Origin: Desulfomonilia bacterium
GTDB lineage: Bacteria > Desulfobacterota > Desulfomonilia > UBA1062
Assembly: GCA_050014195.1 (NCBI GenBank)
Contig: JBEKDT010000019.1
Span: 1-64,000 of the forward strand
Direction of reading: 5' to 3'
DNA: 64,000 nt
A program made the position numbers and the translations under genes. Below, one piece after another: positions 42,095-52,507 of the stretch. Position 1 is the first letter of the stretch. Each line of letters starts with the position of its first letter. The notes beneath the pieces were generated by a model. The model worked only from the letters and a program-made list of their open reading frames with translations. It did no database searches and had not been told where the DNA came from.

Positions 42095-42170
42095 TGGCTC
42101 CCCGGGTAGGACTCGAACCTACAACCTAGTGGTTAACAGCCACCCGCTCTGCCGATTGAGCTACCGAGGA
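42095..42170 (-). tRNA. tRNA-Asn (GTT)
   Basis: TCCTCGGTAGCTCAATCGGCAGAGCGGGTGGCTGTTAACCACTAGGTTGTAGGTTCGAGTCCTACCCGGGGAGCCA. Confidence 0.97.
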
Positions 42171-42348
42171 ATGGTCAATGGACTGAATTGATAGCCGTGA
42201 TTTCATTTCTTGTCAAGTGAGAATGCCTGGCTGTCAAGGGTAAAAAGGTAAGTTGTTTAAGGCCTTCAATGCACAGTTTGCAGCAAATGGTATGAGAAAA
42301 CAATGATGATTTCCGTACTCAGTAAGCAGCCGGAGGTATACCGGATTT

Positions 42349-42399
42349 CTGATCACTGTTTCACTGATCACAAAAACGATCACTAGTCACTAATCATTA
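42349..42399. repeat. TCACT heptamer-period repeats
   Basis: gatcactg tttcactg atcac...gatcacta gtcacta atcatta. Confidence 0.6.
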
Positions 42400-42414
42400 A
42401 AGACTCGGCTTCAT

Positions 42415-43320
42415 TCAAATATGCGTCAGCAATCCTTTGTATCGCTCCGCCGTCCCTGAATATACCTCCCTGAGGCGCAAGATGAGGGCCTGAGTGATGG
42501 GGCCCGGGCATATGAGGTCATAGTCTTCTATTTGAGCAATGGGCTGCACATGTCTCAAGGTGCCTGAGAAAAAGGCCTCATCATACTCACACAGGTCCTG
42601 GGGGAGGATATGCGTCTCTTTCACTGTGTGGCCCATGTCTTTCAGTACGTCTATGACCACCCTCCTGGTGATGCCGGGAAGGACATTCTCCTTGGTGGGG
42701 GTCTCCACACAGGTTCCCTTGGCAAGGAATATGTTGGAGGTTGGACCCTCGGTAACAAACCCGTTGGTGTCCAGCATAAGGGCCTCATCGAACCCCTTTT
42801 TACGTACCTCTGTTCTCGCCAGGAAGCCGTTTACATAGTTGCCCACCACCTTGGCATGGACTGCTGCAGTCTGCGGGTGGAGCTTCCGATACTGGGATAT
42901 GCCCACGCTCAACGGGGTGCTGAATCCATCCGGGTTCAAGCCCAGAGAGCTATAGTCAAGGCAGAATATTGCCACCGATACGTTCTCTGGCGGCCTTGGG
43001 CCCAGATCGATGTCGGTATAATAGGCATAAAACTTCGCTATGCCGTTTCTGACTGAATTGGTGCGTGCCGTGGTGATAATCGCATCCTTGATCTCTTCCC
43101 GTGTGAAGGGAATGTTCATATATGTCCTCTCGGCGCTGGAAAAAAATCTCTCCACGTGCTCTTGAAGGCAGATCAGTGCCGGGCCGTTCTTGGCAGGGAC
43201 AACGGCCATTACATCGAACACGGCGGAAGCCCTGCTGAAGCTCTGTGAAAGGGGTGAGATCCGGGTCTCCATCCAATCAACAAACGTACCGTCCAGCCAT
43301 GCCATGATCGTGTTTGCCAT
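42415..43320 (-). CDS. ilvE: branched-chain amino acid aminotransferase (class IV PLP)
   Basis: AK..GNYVN, FDEALMLD..G.VTEG..SNIF, LPGITR, DEAFFSGT; substrate not provable from sequence. Confidence 0.75.
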   Translation of the reverse strand: MANTIMAWLDGTFVDWMETRISPLSQSFSRASAVFDVMAVVPAKNGPALICLQEHVERFFSSAERTYMNIPFTREEIKDAIITTARTNSVRNGIAKFYAYYTDIDLGPRPPENVSVAIFCLDYSSLGLNPDGFSTPLSVGISQYRKLHPQTAAVHAKVVGNYVNGFLARTEVRKKGFDEALMLDTNGFVTEGPTSNIFLAKGTCVETPTKENVLPGITRRVVIDVLKDMGHTVKETHILPQDLCEYDEAFFSGTLRHVQPIAQIEDYDLICPGPITQALILRLREVYSGTAERYKGLLTHI

Positions 43321-43378
43321 GGTGTATATCCCTATATGGGCTTTTTTTACGTGTCAAGAGAGCGATAGATGAATGTGG

Positions 43379-43456
43379 CCAGTGATCAAGAGTGACTGGT
43401 GATTCGTGAATAGTGACTGGACCTGTCCCCTCTCTCTGATCAGTTATCAGTGGTCG
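43379..43456. repeat. AGTGA heptamer-period repeats
   Basis: agtgatc..agtgact ggtgatt cgtgaat agtgact; reverse-complement type of the 42349 array. Confidence 0.6.
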
Positions 43457-43521
43457 CTGTTTGCTGTGAGCGCTTTGCTTGACAAAGCCCTTCGTATGAA
43501 ATAGTAGCATGATCTACTATT

Positions 43522-44070
43522 ATGGATAAGGTACGAACTATTGATGAGATAAAGCTCGTCCCAGACACTATAGGGGAGGCGGGTATCGAGAAGGACCTCC
43601 GTATAGAACCCGGGACCATGATGGAGCTCTTCGCGGATAAGGACATAGAGGTGACCGAACCATTTGATCTCCATTATGAGGTGGCAAGGCACCATGAGAA
43701 TATCCATGTGAGCGTGGACATCAAGGGCAACCTCAGCACCACATGCTCCCGTTGTATGTCTGCTATGGAATATCCTGTAGACCTTCATCTGGAGAGCGAT
43801 TATATGCCTGCCCCCCCTGAGATGTCTGATCATCTGGAGGCAGAGCGGCTGAGCGAGGAGACCGGTTATTTCCGCAAAGAGATAAAGCTGGGCGAGTACA
43901 TCATATCCGAGCTTGTCCTGTCTTTGCCTTTCATCTATATCTGCACAGATAGTTGCAAGGGCCTGTGTCCGCACTGCGGAGCCAACCTCAATGACGGTCC
44001 GTGTGCATGCACGCACAGCGCAGATCCAGGCTTCCAGGTGTTATTACAACTCAAGAAAAACTCTAAGTGA
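43522..44070 (+). CDS. YceD/DUF177 family protein
   Basis: CSRC and C...CKGLCPHCGANLN motifs; upstream of rpmF. Confidence 0.9.
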   Translation: MDKVRTIDEIKLVPDTIGEAGIEKDLRIEPGTMMELFADKDIEVTEPFDLHYEVARHHENIHVSVDIKGNLSTTCSRCMSAMEYPVDLHLESDYMPAPPEMSDHLEAERLSEETGYFRKEIKLGEYIISELVLSLPFIYICTDSCKGLCPHCGANLNDGPCACTHSADPGFQVLLQLKKNSK

Positions 44071-44082
44071 TAGGAGTGAGCA

Positions 44083-44268
44083 ATGCCGTTACCAAAGAGA
44101 AGACACTCGAGCACCAGGAGAGACAAGCGCAGGGCGAATGACGCTCTCAGCATGCCCGCGGTTTCCTTCTGCCCGAACTGCAAGGAGCCGAAGCCGCCGC
44201 ACAAGATCTGCCCCAGCTGCGGATACTACAAGGGCAGAGAGGTGATCAAGAACACCAAAGCCGAGTGA
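44083..44268 (+). CDS. rpmF: 50S ribosomal protein L32
   Basis: PKRRHS..RRDKRRA, CPNC...PH.ICPSCGYY.G. Confidence 0.96.
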   Translation: MPLPKRRHSSTRRDKRRANDALSMPAVSFCPNCKEPKPPHKICPSCGYYKGREVIKNTKAE

Positions 44269-44278
44269 TGATTTTGAG

Positions 44279-45130
44279 ATGCCGTATTGCCTGATCTTCC
44301 CAGGTCAAGGGAGCCAGTTCCCCGGCATGTCCAGAGGGCTCACCCTCATGAGGTCTGTTGATGACGGCCTACGAACCCTTATGGAGCATGGCCCTGAAGA
44401 CGAGCTTGGGCAGACGGTTAATGCCCAGCCGGCGGTGTTATCCGTGAGTGTCGCTTTGTGGGAAGGGTCAGGGCTGAAAGACCCTGCAGTAGTGATGGGG
44501 CACAGCCTTGGTGAATATACCGCACTTGTTGCTGCAGGCAGTTTGCAGGCAGATAGTGCCCTTGAGCTTGTGAAAAAAAGGGCCGGTTTCATGGATGCCT
44601 CCAGCCCGAAAGGGGCCGGCAGCATGGCGGCAGTTATTGGTATGTCGGTGCATAATATTGAAGAGGTCATTTCCAAATTCAGCGATCTCTGGGTGTCCAA
44701 CCTCAACGGCGCTTCCCAGGTCGTGATCTCGGGCAGCATCCATGCAATCGATTGTGCAACACCGCTGCTCAAAGAAAAGGGTGCCAGGCGGGTAGTGCCG
44801 CTCAAGGTCACGGTGGCATCCCATTGTCCGTACATGGCCCATGCAAGAGAAGCCCTTGAAGGATACCTTAAGGGAATCAAGATAAAAGAGCCGTCATGCC
44901 CCGTCGTCTCCAACGTGAGCGCCCGGCCGGAGGCCGACCCTGGGCGCATCAAGGTGCTTCTTGCAGAGCAGCTCGTAAGCCCGGTGAGGTTCGAGGAATC
45001 CGTGCGTGCGGCAGCTGGCCTCGGCATCGACCGTTTTATTGAGATCGGTCCGCGTTGTGTGTTAGCACCGCTGGTGAGGCGGATTGCGCCGGGGGCCAAC
45101 GTGGAGGTAATCACGAATGATGAGCATTGA
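44279..45130 (+). CDS. fabD: malonyl-CoA:ACP transacylase
   Basis: FPGQGSQ, AQPA, GHSLGEY, QLVSPVRF, EIGP. Confidence 0.93.
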   Translation: MPYCLIFPGQGSQFPGMSRGLTLMRSVDDGLRTLMEHGPEDELGQTVNAQPAVLSVSVALWEGSGLKDPAVVMGHSLGEYTALVAAGSLQADSALELVKKRAGFMDASSPKGAGSMAAVIGMSVHNIEEVISKFSDLWVSNLNGASQVVISGSIHAIDCATPLLKEKGARRVVPLKVTVASHCPYMAHAREALEGYLKGIKIKEPSCPVVSNVSARPEADPGRIKVLLAEQLVSPVRFEESVRAAAGLGIDRFIEIGPRCVLAPLVRRIAPGANVEVITNDEH

Positions 45131-45860
45131 CCTGAGCACACAGGTGGCCCTCGTCACCGGTGCAAGCCGTGGTATCGGCGCTGCTACGGCAAAGTCCCTT
45201 GGAATGGCAGGTGCACACGTGATCGTCAACTATAAGAACAGCCACGAGCGTGCCAGGGAGGTGGTCGGCGAGATCAAATCGGCAGGCGGATCTGCCGAGG
45301 CCATGTGTTTTGATGTGGCCGACGAAGCCCAGATAGCCAAGCATTTCAATGAGATCATGGCCTCCCACGGCAGGCTTGATATCCTTGTGAACAACGCCGG
45401 TATCTCAAAGGACGCACTATTTCTCAGGGTCAAACCTGAAATGCTCAATGAAATGATAGATGTAAATATCAAGGGGGCCTTTTTCTGCACTTTCCACGCT
45501 GCGAGATATATGATAAAGCAAAGACGTGGAAAGATCGTGACGGTCTCTTCCATTGTCGGGCTCGGGGGAAACCCGGGGCAGAGTGTGTATGCAACGACGA
45601 AGGCCGGGCTCATCGGCATGACAAAGAGTTTCGCCAAGGAACTCGGCCCACGGGGGATACAAGTGAATGCTATCGCGCCGGGTTTCGTTGACACCGAGAT
45701 GACTTCAGGCATAGACAGGCAGGCCATCATCAAAGAGATACCGTTGCGCAAGACCGGCAGCCCGGACGATGTGGCCGGGGTAATCCTGTTTCTGTGTTCC
45801 GACCTGAGCGCCTACATCACCGGTCAGGTTATTGTCGTGGATGGCGGGCTATATATGTGA
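45117..45860 (+). CDS. fabG: 3-oxoacyl-ACP reductase
   Basis: TGASRGIG, NNAG, YATTK, PGFVDTEMT; fab cluster. Confidence 0.93.
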   Translation: MMSIDLSTQVALVTGASRGIGAATAKSLGMAGAHVIVNYKNSHERAREVVGEIKSAGGSAEAMCFDVADEAQIAKHFNEIMASHGRLDILVNNAGISKDALFLRVKPEMLNEMIDVNIKGAFFCTFHAARYMIKQRRGKIVTVSSIVGLGGNPGQSVYATTKAGLIGMTKSFAKELGPRGIQVNAIAPGFVDTEMTSGIDRQAIIKEIPLRKTGSPDDVAGVILFLCSDLSAYITGQVIVVDGGLYM

Positions 45861-45903
45861 TGTACCTAAAGGATGTAGAGAACCTTAAAGGAGGACTATA
45901 CTG

Positions 45904-46137
45904 ATGGCAGATGTTCAGCAGCGGATCATACAACTGATTGCCGAGCAGTTGGAGAAGGACCCATCCGAGATCAAGCCGGAGATGTCTTTTGCAGACGACC
46001 TCGGGGCCGATTCCCTTGATCTGGTCGAGCTGATAATGACCGTAGAAGAGGAGTTCAACATCGAGATCCCGGACGAGGATGCCGAGAAGATCAAGTTCGT
46101 GAAGGACGCCATAGAATACGTTAAAGCCAAGATATGA
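45904..46137 (+). CDS. acpP: acyl carrier protein
   Basis: [12 protein letters not shown]. Confidence 0.96.
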   Translation: MADVQQRIIQLIAEQLEKDPSEIKPEMSFADDLGADSLDLVELIMTVEEEFNIEIPDEDAEKIKFVKDAIEYVKAKI

Positions 46138-46145
46138 CGCCCTAA

Positions 46146-47375
46146 ATGAAAAAAAAGGTTGCTGTCACCGGTATAGGAGTAGTCTCGCCTCTCGGTAGCG
46201 ATATCAAGACGCTCTGGGACAATCTTATCAATGGTATATCAGGAATAGAGCCCATTGAAGCATTATCGGGCCTCCCTGCCACGTTCGGAGGCCCTGCCAA
46301 GGGATTTGACCCTGGACGCTATTTAAGCCCCAAGGAGATCCGGCATATGGACCGCTTCACCCAGATGGCCGTTTCCTGCGGTCTTGATGCATGCAGCCAG
46401 TCCCATTTAAGCGCTGATTCATACCCCGAGTACCGTATCGGTGTGCTCATCGGGACAGGCGCGGGAGGCATGACGACCGTTGAGGAGCAGTTTCCTATTT
46501 ATTACGTCAAAGGGCACAGGAGAGTATCTCCGCTTACCGTCCCGATGTTCATACCCAACATTGCCTCTGCGGAACTGGCCATGAAGTTGCGGGTAAAGGG
46601 CCCCGGCATGGGGATCTCCTCGGCATGTGCAACCGGCGGGCATGCCCTGGCCGTGGCCATGCGGCTCATCCAGGCAGGGGACGCCGACTGCATGATTGCA
46701 GGAGGGGTGGAGGCATGCCTTACGCCGTTTTCCGTTGCTGCCTTTGCTTCCATGAGGGCACTGTCCACGCGAAACGATGACCCGACAAGGGCAAGCAGGC
46801 CATTTGACAAGGACCGGGACGGTTTTGTCATATCCGAGGGAGGAGCGGCCCTTGTCCTTGAAGATCTTGAAAAAGCAAAAGCCCGCGGTGCCGAGGTGCT
46901 TGCTGTCCTGGCAGGTGCAGGTATGAGCCAGGATGCCTACCATCTCGTTGCTCCGGACCCCGAGGGTGGTGCTGTTACCCATGCAATGAACCGGGCGCTT
47001 GAAGACTCTGGGATTGGCCCTGCAGATATCGGGTACATAAACGCCCACGGCACCTCCACAGAATTAAATGACAAGATCGAGACATATGCCATCAAGAAGG
47101 TCTTCGGCCGGCGTGCTTACGAGATCCCCATAAGTTCCACCAAGTCCATGACCGGACATCTCATCGGCGGGACCGCAAGCCTGGAGGCCGCCATCTGCAT
47201 CCTTTCCATGCGTGAAGGCATGCTGCCTCCCACTATCAACCTTGACAATCCCGATCCCGAGTGCGATCTGAACTACATACCGAATAAGGCACTGAAGGCC
47301 TCGGTGTCATACTGCCTCAACAATGCATTTGCCTTTGGCGGCCAGAACGCGGTGCTGGTGATCGGAAAGGGGTAG
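46146..47375 (+). CDS. fabF: beta-ketoacyl-ACP synthase II
   Basis: SACATG, NAHGTST, KSMTGHL, FGGQN. Confidence 0.93.
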   Translation: MKKKVAVTGIGVVSPLGSDIKTLWDNLINGISGIEPIEALSGLPATFGGPAKGFDPGRYLSPKEIRHMDRFTQMAVSCGLDACSQSHLSADSYPEYRIGVLIGTGAGGMTTVEEQFPIYYVKGHRRVSPLTVPMFIPNIASAELAMKLRVKGPGMGISSACATGGHALAVAMRLIQAGDADCMIAGGVEACLTPFSVAAFASMRALSTRNDDPTRASRPFDKDRDGFVISEGGAALVLEDLEKAKARGAEVLAVLAGAGMSQDAYHLVAPDPEGGAVTHAMNRALEDSGIGPADIGYINAHGTSTELNDKIETYAIKKVFGRRAYEIPISSTKSMTGHLIGGTASLEAAICILSMREGMLPPTINLDNPDPECDLNYIPNKALKASVSYCLNNAFAFGGQNAVLVIGKG

Positions 47376-47378
47376 AGG

Positions 47379-47840
47379 GTGCGGGTAGCGGTTGCATGCG
47401 ATCATGGAGGGTATCCCCTGAAGCAGGCCGTGAAGGATGCCCTTATTGCAGCAGGGGCCGAAGTGACTGACCTCGGCGCCGAGGTCACGAACTCGGTGGA
47501 CTACCCGGATTTTGCGCAGAAGGCCGTTACTTTGCTCCTTGAAAAATCATGCGAACGGCTCGTGCTCATCTGCGGTACCGGCATCGGCATGTCCATCTTT
47601 GCAAACCGCATCAAGGGTGTCAGGGGCGCGCTCTGCCATGATAGCTACAGCGCCCGCATGTCAAGGCTTCACAATGATTCAAATTGCCTCATTTTGGGCG
47701 GAAGGGTTACAGGGCCGGGTCTTGCCGCTGAGATCGTGGAGGTCTGGATGAAGACGGCCTTTGAGGGCGGACGCCATGCAACAAGGCTTGCCAAGATCGA
47801 GGAACTATCGGAAAAGATCAAAGACTCACATGGGAAATAG
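47379..47840 (+). CDS. rpiB: ribose-5-phosphate isomerase B
   Basis: DHGG, VDYPD, CGTGIG, HND.N, FEGGRH. Confidence 0.95.
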   Translation: MRVAVACDHGGYPLKQAVKDALIAAGAEVTDLGAEVTNSVDYPDFAQKAVTLLLEKSCERLVLICGTGIGMSIFANRIKGVRGALCHDSYSARMSRLHNDSNCLILGGRVTGPGLAAEIVEVWMKTAFEGGRHATRLAKIEELSEKIKDSHGK

Positions 47841-47850
47841 GAGACTTTTT

Positions 47851-49095
47851 ATGAACCTTGATAATGTTAGAAAAACCGATCCAGAGGTATATGATGCCAT
47901 CATGGGCGAGCTTCAAAGACAGCGCAACAAGCTCGAGCTCATCGCATCCGAGAACATTGTAAGCAAGGCCGTGCTTGAGGCCCAGGGCTGTGTCATGACC
48001 AACAAATACGCGGAAGGCTACCCTGGGAAGAGATATTATGGAGGGTGTGAGTATGTGGACGTGGCCGAAGATCTTGCCATAGCCCGAGCCAGGCAGCTCT
48101 TCGGAGCGGATCACGCCAATGTCCAGCCCCACTCGGGCTCCCAGGCCAACATGGCGGTCTATTTCAGCATCCTGGAGCACGGCGATACCTACCTCGGTAT
48201 GAGCCTGCCTCACGGCGGCCACCTTTCCATGGGCTCGCCGGTGAACTTCTCCGGCAAATTTTACAACGTCGTCGCTTATGGGGTTCGTCAGGACACCCAC
48301 CGCATCGACTATGACCAGCTCAGAGACCTGGCAAGAAAGAACAAGCCCAAGCTCATCATCGCAGGGGCCAGCGCCTACCCCAGAATCATAGAGTACAAGA
48401 CCTTCAAGGAGATAGCAGACGAGGTGGGGGCATACTTCATGGTGGACATGGCCCACATCGCTGGGCTCATTGCCGCCGGGCTGCATCCGAGTCCGGTGCC
48501 GTACGCTGATTTCGTCACTACCACAACCCACAAGACGCTTCGGGGTCCCAGGGGCGGCATGGTCCTCTGCAAGGAGCAGCACGCAAAGACGCTCAATTCA
48601 AAGGTCTTCCCCGGCATGCAGGGCGGGCCGCTCATGCATGTCATCGCCGCAAAGGCGGTTGCCTTCAAAGAGGCGTTGAGCCCCGAATTCAAGGAGTACC
48701 AGTCAAGAATTGTTCGCAATGCCAAGGCCATGGCAGACGAACTGCTTTCACTGGGTTTCACCCTGGTATCCGGCGGCACGGATAACCATCTCATGCTTGT
48801 GGACCTGACAAATAAGGATGTCACGGGAAAGGATGCCCAGGAGATGCTGGACCTTGCCTGGATCACGGTGAACAGGAACACCATCCCCTTCGAGACCAAG
48901 AGCCCCTTTGTGACCTCGGGCATCCGCATCGGAACGCCTGCGCTTACTACCAGGGGCATGAACGAGGATGAGATGCGGCTGGTGGCGCGCATGATCGCAC
49001 GGGTCATCGATGCCAAGGGTGACGCATCCGTCGTAGAAAAGGTGAGGAACGAAGTGGACGAGCTCACCAGACGTTTCCCCATTTACGGCGGGTGA
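47851..49095 (+). CDS. glyA: serine hydroxymethyltransferase
   Basis: [35 protein letters not shown]. Confidence 0.97.
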   Translation: MNLDNVRKTDPEVYDAIMGELQRQRNKLELIASENIVSKAVLEAQGCVMTNKYAEGYPGKRYYGGCEYVDVAEDLAIARARQLFGADHANVQPHSGSQANMAVYFSILEHGDTYLGMSLPHGGHLSMGSPVNFSGKFYNVVAYGVRQDTHRIDYDQLRDLARKNKPKLIIAGASAYPRIIEYKTFKEIADEVGAYFMVDMAHIAGLIAAGLHPSPVPYADFVTTTTHKTLRGPRGGMVLCKEQHAKTLNSKVFPGMQGGPLMHVIAAKAVAFKEALSPEFKEYQSRIVRNAKAMADELLSLGFTLVSGGTDNHLMLVDLTNKDVTGKDAQEMLDLAWITVNRNTIPFETKSPFVTSGIRIGTPALTTRGMNEDEMRLVARMIARVIDAKGDASVVEKVRNEVDELTRRFPIYGG

Positions 49096-49101
49096 TACGC
49101 C

Positions 49102-49563
49102 ATGCGATGCCCCAGGTGTTCGGGACTCGAAGACAAAGTGCTGCAGTCCAGGATCAGCCAGGACGGCATCGTGATCAGGCGCCGGAGAGAATGCATCACC
49201 TGCGGGTATCGCTTTACCACCTATGAGCGCATTGAGGAATTCATCCCGGTGGTGGTCAAGAAGGACGGCAGGCGTGAGCCCTTCGATGCCGCCAAGGTGG
49301 TCGCCGGGATCATGACCGCCTGCGAAAAGCGGCCGGTGAGCATGGAGGCCATAGAGACCGTCAAAAACGCCCTCATCCAGGACATACAATCCAAGTGGGA
49401 CAAGGAAGTCCCTTCTTCCTACATTGGCGAGCGGATCATGGAGGCCCTCCACAAGCTCGACCCTGTCGCATACGTCCGGTTTGCATCCGTTTACCGTGAA
49501 TTCAAGGATGTAAGCGAGTTCATGGATGAGATCAAAGGCCTGCGCCGGCCCAGGAAGCGCTAG
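49102..49563 (+). CDS. nrdR: transcriptional repressor NrdR
   Basis: MRCP.C, RRRREC..CG.RFTTYE, ATP cone, AYVRFASVY. Confidence 0.96.
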   Translation: MRCPRCSGLEDKVLQSRISQDGIVIRRRRECITCGYRFTTYERIEEFIPVVVKKDGRREPFDAAKVVAGIMTACEKRPVSMEAIETVKNALIQDIQSKWDKEVPSSYIGERIMEALHKLDPVAYVRFASVYREFKDVSEFMDEIKGLRRPRKR

Positions 49564-49578
49564 ATACATTTTTCAAGC

Positions 49579-50652
49579 ATGGAACAGGATATTTTCTTCA
49601 TGAGCCAAGCCATTGCCCTCGCCAGGCAGGCCGTCGGCAGGACCGCACCCAACCCGAGTGTGGGGGCATTGGTCGTGAAGGACGGCCGGGTTGTGGGTAA
49701 AGGCTTCCATCCCAAGGCAGGTCTTCCTCATGCAGAGGTCTATGCGTTAAAGGAAGCGCTCGGGAAGGCGAGCGGCGCGACCCTGTATGTGACCCTGGAG
49801 CCGTGCAATCACTTCGGCAAGACCCCGCCGTGTAGCGAGGCCGTTATCAATGCAGGCATATCCCGTGTCGTGGTAGGGACCCTCGACCCGAACCCGATCG
49901 TGGCGGGCAAAGGGGTAGAACGGCTCAAGGATGCAGGTATCCATGTTGAAGTGGGCATATGTGAGGATGAATGCAAGGACCTCATCGCCTGGTATGCAAC
50001 ATGGTTGATCAAAGACCGGCCATACGTTATCCTGAAGGCTGCAATCACCCTTGACGGCCGCATTGCAGCGGCAACAGGCGATTCCAGGTGGATCAGCTCG
50101 GAGGAATCCAGGCGCCATGTGCACGAGCTAAGGAACCGTGCAGACGGAGTCATGGTGGGCATCGGCACAGTCGTCACAGATGACCCGATGCTCACCTGCC
50201 GCATGGAGGGAGGCCGTGATCCAGCCAGGATAATCCTTGACCCGGAGTTCAGAGTCCCCAAAGATGCAAGGTGCCTGGGGCAGGGCTCAGTAGTGTTCAC
50301 TGCAAAACCGCCCGATACCAGACCGGAGATCATTGAACTGGGCACCAAGGTCGTGCAGATGGAGGCGGACTCTCCCGGCATGCTCCCCTGGACTTCAATG
50401 CTTGAACACCTCGCTAAGATGGGGCTTCACGCCGTTATGGTGGAAGGCGGCAGCCGTGTTTATTCGAGCCTGCTCAAGAGCGGATATGTGGATAAGCTTC
50501 TCCTGTTTATTGCGCCAAGGATCCTTGGCGGAGGCATACCTCTGGTAGATTGGGGTAAACCTGAGCGGATTGCGGATTCCTTAAAGATTGTGATAACGAA
50601 GGTGCATCTTCTGGGCGGGGATATCCTGGTGGAAGGGGCTGTGGAGGGCTAG
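49579..50652 (+). CDS. ribD: riboflavin biosynthesis deaminase/reductase
   Basis: PNP.VG, HAE, TLEPCNH.GKTPPC, VEGG. Confidence 0.95.
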   Translation: MEQDIFFMSQAIALARQAVGRTAPNPSVGALVVKDGRVVGKGFHPKAGLPHAEVYALKEALGKASGATLYVTLEPCNHFGKTPPCSEAVINAGISRVVVGTLDPNPIVAGKGVERLKDAGIHVEVGICEDECKDLIAWYATWLIKDRPYVILKAAITLDGRIAAATGDSRWISSEESRRHVHELRNRADGVMVGIGTVVTDDPMLTCRMEGGRDPARIILDPEFRVPKDARCLGQGSVVFTAKPPDTRPEIIELGTKVVQMEADSPGMLPWTSMLEHLAKMGLHAVMVEGGSRVYSSLLKSGYVDKLLLFIAPRILGGGIPLVDWGKPERIADSLKIVITKVHLLGGDILVEGAVEG

Positions 50653-50653
50653 T

Positions 50654-51292
50654 ATGTTTACGGGTATCATCGAGTCAGTGGGAAAGCTCGTCTCAAAGCG
50701 TGTCCATGGCCTGGGTGTCGAGATTGAGATCGATACGGGACTGGATCTGTCGGGTGACGCAAGGGGCGACAGCGTGGCCGTAGACGGGGTGTGCCTGACC
50801 ATCACGAAGAAAAAAGGGTCTGTATTTGCAGCCAGTGCCTCACGGGAAACCATCTCCCGCTCCACCCTGGGAGATATCGGATTAGGCGCCAAGGTAAATA
50901 TCGAGAGGGCCCTCACGCTCTCATCCCGGCTTGGAGGCCATATCGTGCTCGGCCATGTGGATACCGTGGGCACAATCCTCCAGAAGGATCCTGCAGGAGA
51001 GTCGATCCGTATGAAGGTGGGCTTTGAGAAGGCCTATGCAAAATATGTAGTGGAGAAGGGTTCAATCGCCCTCGACGGTGTGTCTCTCACCATCAATGAG
51101 ATCTTTTCTGAGGCCTTTAGCGTAAACATCATCGAGCATACGGCCCTATCCACTTCCTTGACACTCAAAACCGCCGGTGTTAGGGTGAATCTTGAATTCG
51201 ACGTTCTGGGCAAGTATGTGGAAAACCTGCTGAACAAGGACAAAGGCGGCAACCTTCAAGACCTTCTCAAAAAGCAGGGGTTTCTCAGATAG
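50654..51292 (+). CDS. ribE: riboflavin synthase (ribC in E. coli nomenclature)
   Basis: MFTGII, GVCLT, RLGGHIV.GHVD, KGSI.LDGVSLT. Confidence 0.95.
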   Translation: MFTGIIESVGKLVSKRVHGLGVEIEIDTGLDLSGDARGDSVAVDGVCLTITKKKGSVFAASASRETISRSTLGDIGLGAKVNIERALTLSSRLGGHIVLGHVDTVGTILQKDPAGESIRMKVGFEKAYAKYVVEKGSIALDGVSLTINEIFSEAFSVNIIEHTALSTSLTLKTAGVRVNLEFDVLGKYVENLLNKDKGGNLQDLLKKQGFLR

Positions 51293-51304
51293 GAGTAGAC
51301 CTGT

Positions 51305-52507
51305 ATGCCCACGTGCACCGTGGAAGAAGCGCTTCAAGATCTCAAACAAGGGAGGATGATCATCCTTGTTGATGATGAGGACCGTGAGAACGAAGGCGAC
51401 CTCACCATGGCGGCAGAGTTTATAACTCCTGATGCCATAAACTTCATGGCCAAAAACGGGCGCGGCCTGGTGTGTCTGGCATTGGATCCGGATATCGCAG
51501 ACAGGCTCGACCTGCATCCCATGGTCAGAGACAACACGAGCAAGTTCGGGACAGGTTTCACGGTTTCCGTCGAGGCGAAAAAGGGTGTGACTACCGGCAT
51601 ATCGGCGGCCGATAGGGCCGTGACCATCCGTACTGCCATCGCCCCCGACAGCAGGGCCGGCGACCTTGCGCGGCCGGGCCATATCTTTCCTATACGCGCC
51701 AAGCAGGGTGGAGTGCTCGTCCGGACAGGCCAGACCGAGGGCTCGGTTGATCTGTGCAGGATGGCGGGCTTAAGGCCTGGGGCAGTGATCTGCGAGGTCA
51801 TGAACGATGACGGGACCATGGCGCGCATGCCGCAGCTGGAGGTGTTCGCAGCAACGCACGGCCTGAAGATCTGCACCATTGCCGACATCATAGCCTACCG
51901 CATCAGAAATGAGATCCTGGTGCGCGAGGTAGTCCGCGCCAAGCTTCCAACCGAATTCGGCACCTTCGAGCTTGTTGGCTTTGACAATGACATCGACGAC
52001 AAGGAACATGTAGCGCTTGTCAAGGGTGATATCACTCCGGATGAGCCGGTCCTGGTCCGTGTCCACTCAGAATGCCTTACCGGAGACATGTTTCATTCCA
52101 TACGCTGCGACTGCGGCGACCAGCTCCACCGGGCAATGGAGATGATCGAAGATGAAGGAAAGGGCGTCATCGTATATATGCGGCAGGAAGGCCGGGGCAT
52201 CGGGCTTATCAACAAGCTCAAGGCCTACCACCTCCAGGACAAGGGCCGGGACACGGTCGAGGCCAACATAGAGCTGGGGTTCGCCCCGGACCTGAGGGAT
52301 TACGGCATCGGTGCGCAGATCCTTGTGTACCTGGGTGTGCGCAAGATGAGGCTCATGACCAACAACCCCAAAAAGATCATCGGGCTTGAGGGTTATGGCC
52401 TGGAGATCGTCGAGCGGGTTGCAATCGAAATTCCGCCCACACAGGAGAACCAGCGATACTTGAAGACCAAGAAAGATAAGATGGGACATATTCTGGAGGT
52501 GGTATAG
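51305..52507 (+). CDS. ribBA: DHBP synthase / GTP cyclohydrolase II
   Basis: [33 protein letters not shown]. Confidence 0.96.
   Translation: MPTCTVEEALQDLKQGRMIILVDDEDRENEGDLTMAAEFITPDAINFMAKNGRGLVCLALDPDIADRLDLHPMVRDNTSKFGTGFTVSVEAKKGVTTGISAADRAVTIRTAIAPDSRAGDLARPGHIFPIRAKQGGVLVRTGQTEGSVDLCRMAGLRPGAVICEVMNDDGTMARMPQLEVFAATHGLKICTIADIIAYRIRNEILVREVVRAKLPTEFGTFELVGFDNDIDDKEHVALVKGDITPDEPVLVRVHSECLTGDMFHSIRCDCGDQLHRAMEMIEDEGKGVIVYMRQEGRGIGLINKLKAYHLQDKGRDTVEANIELGFAPDLRDYGIGAQILVYLGVRKMRLMTNNPKKIIGLEGYGLEIVERVAIEIPPTQENQRYLKTKKDKMGHILEVV

Larger units (their letters stand above)
35240..42139. mobile_element. ~6.9 kb integrative element in tRNA-Asn (phage-satellite/IME-like)
   Basis: 45-bp perfect direct repeat 35240-35284 = 42095-42139; adjacent tyrosine integrase; TGGGGAGA pairs at both ends; AT-richer than flanks. 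Confidence 0.92.

Noticed and set aside
35240-42139. Prophage or conjugative ICE
   Set aside because: No capsid, portal, large terminase, T4SS or relaxase recognised; too small
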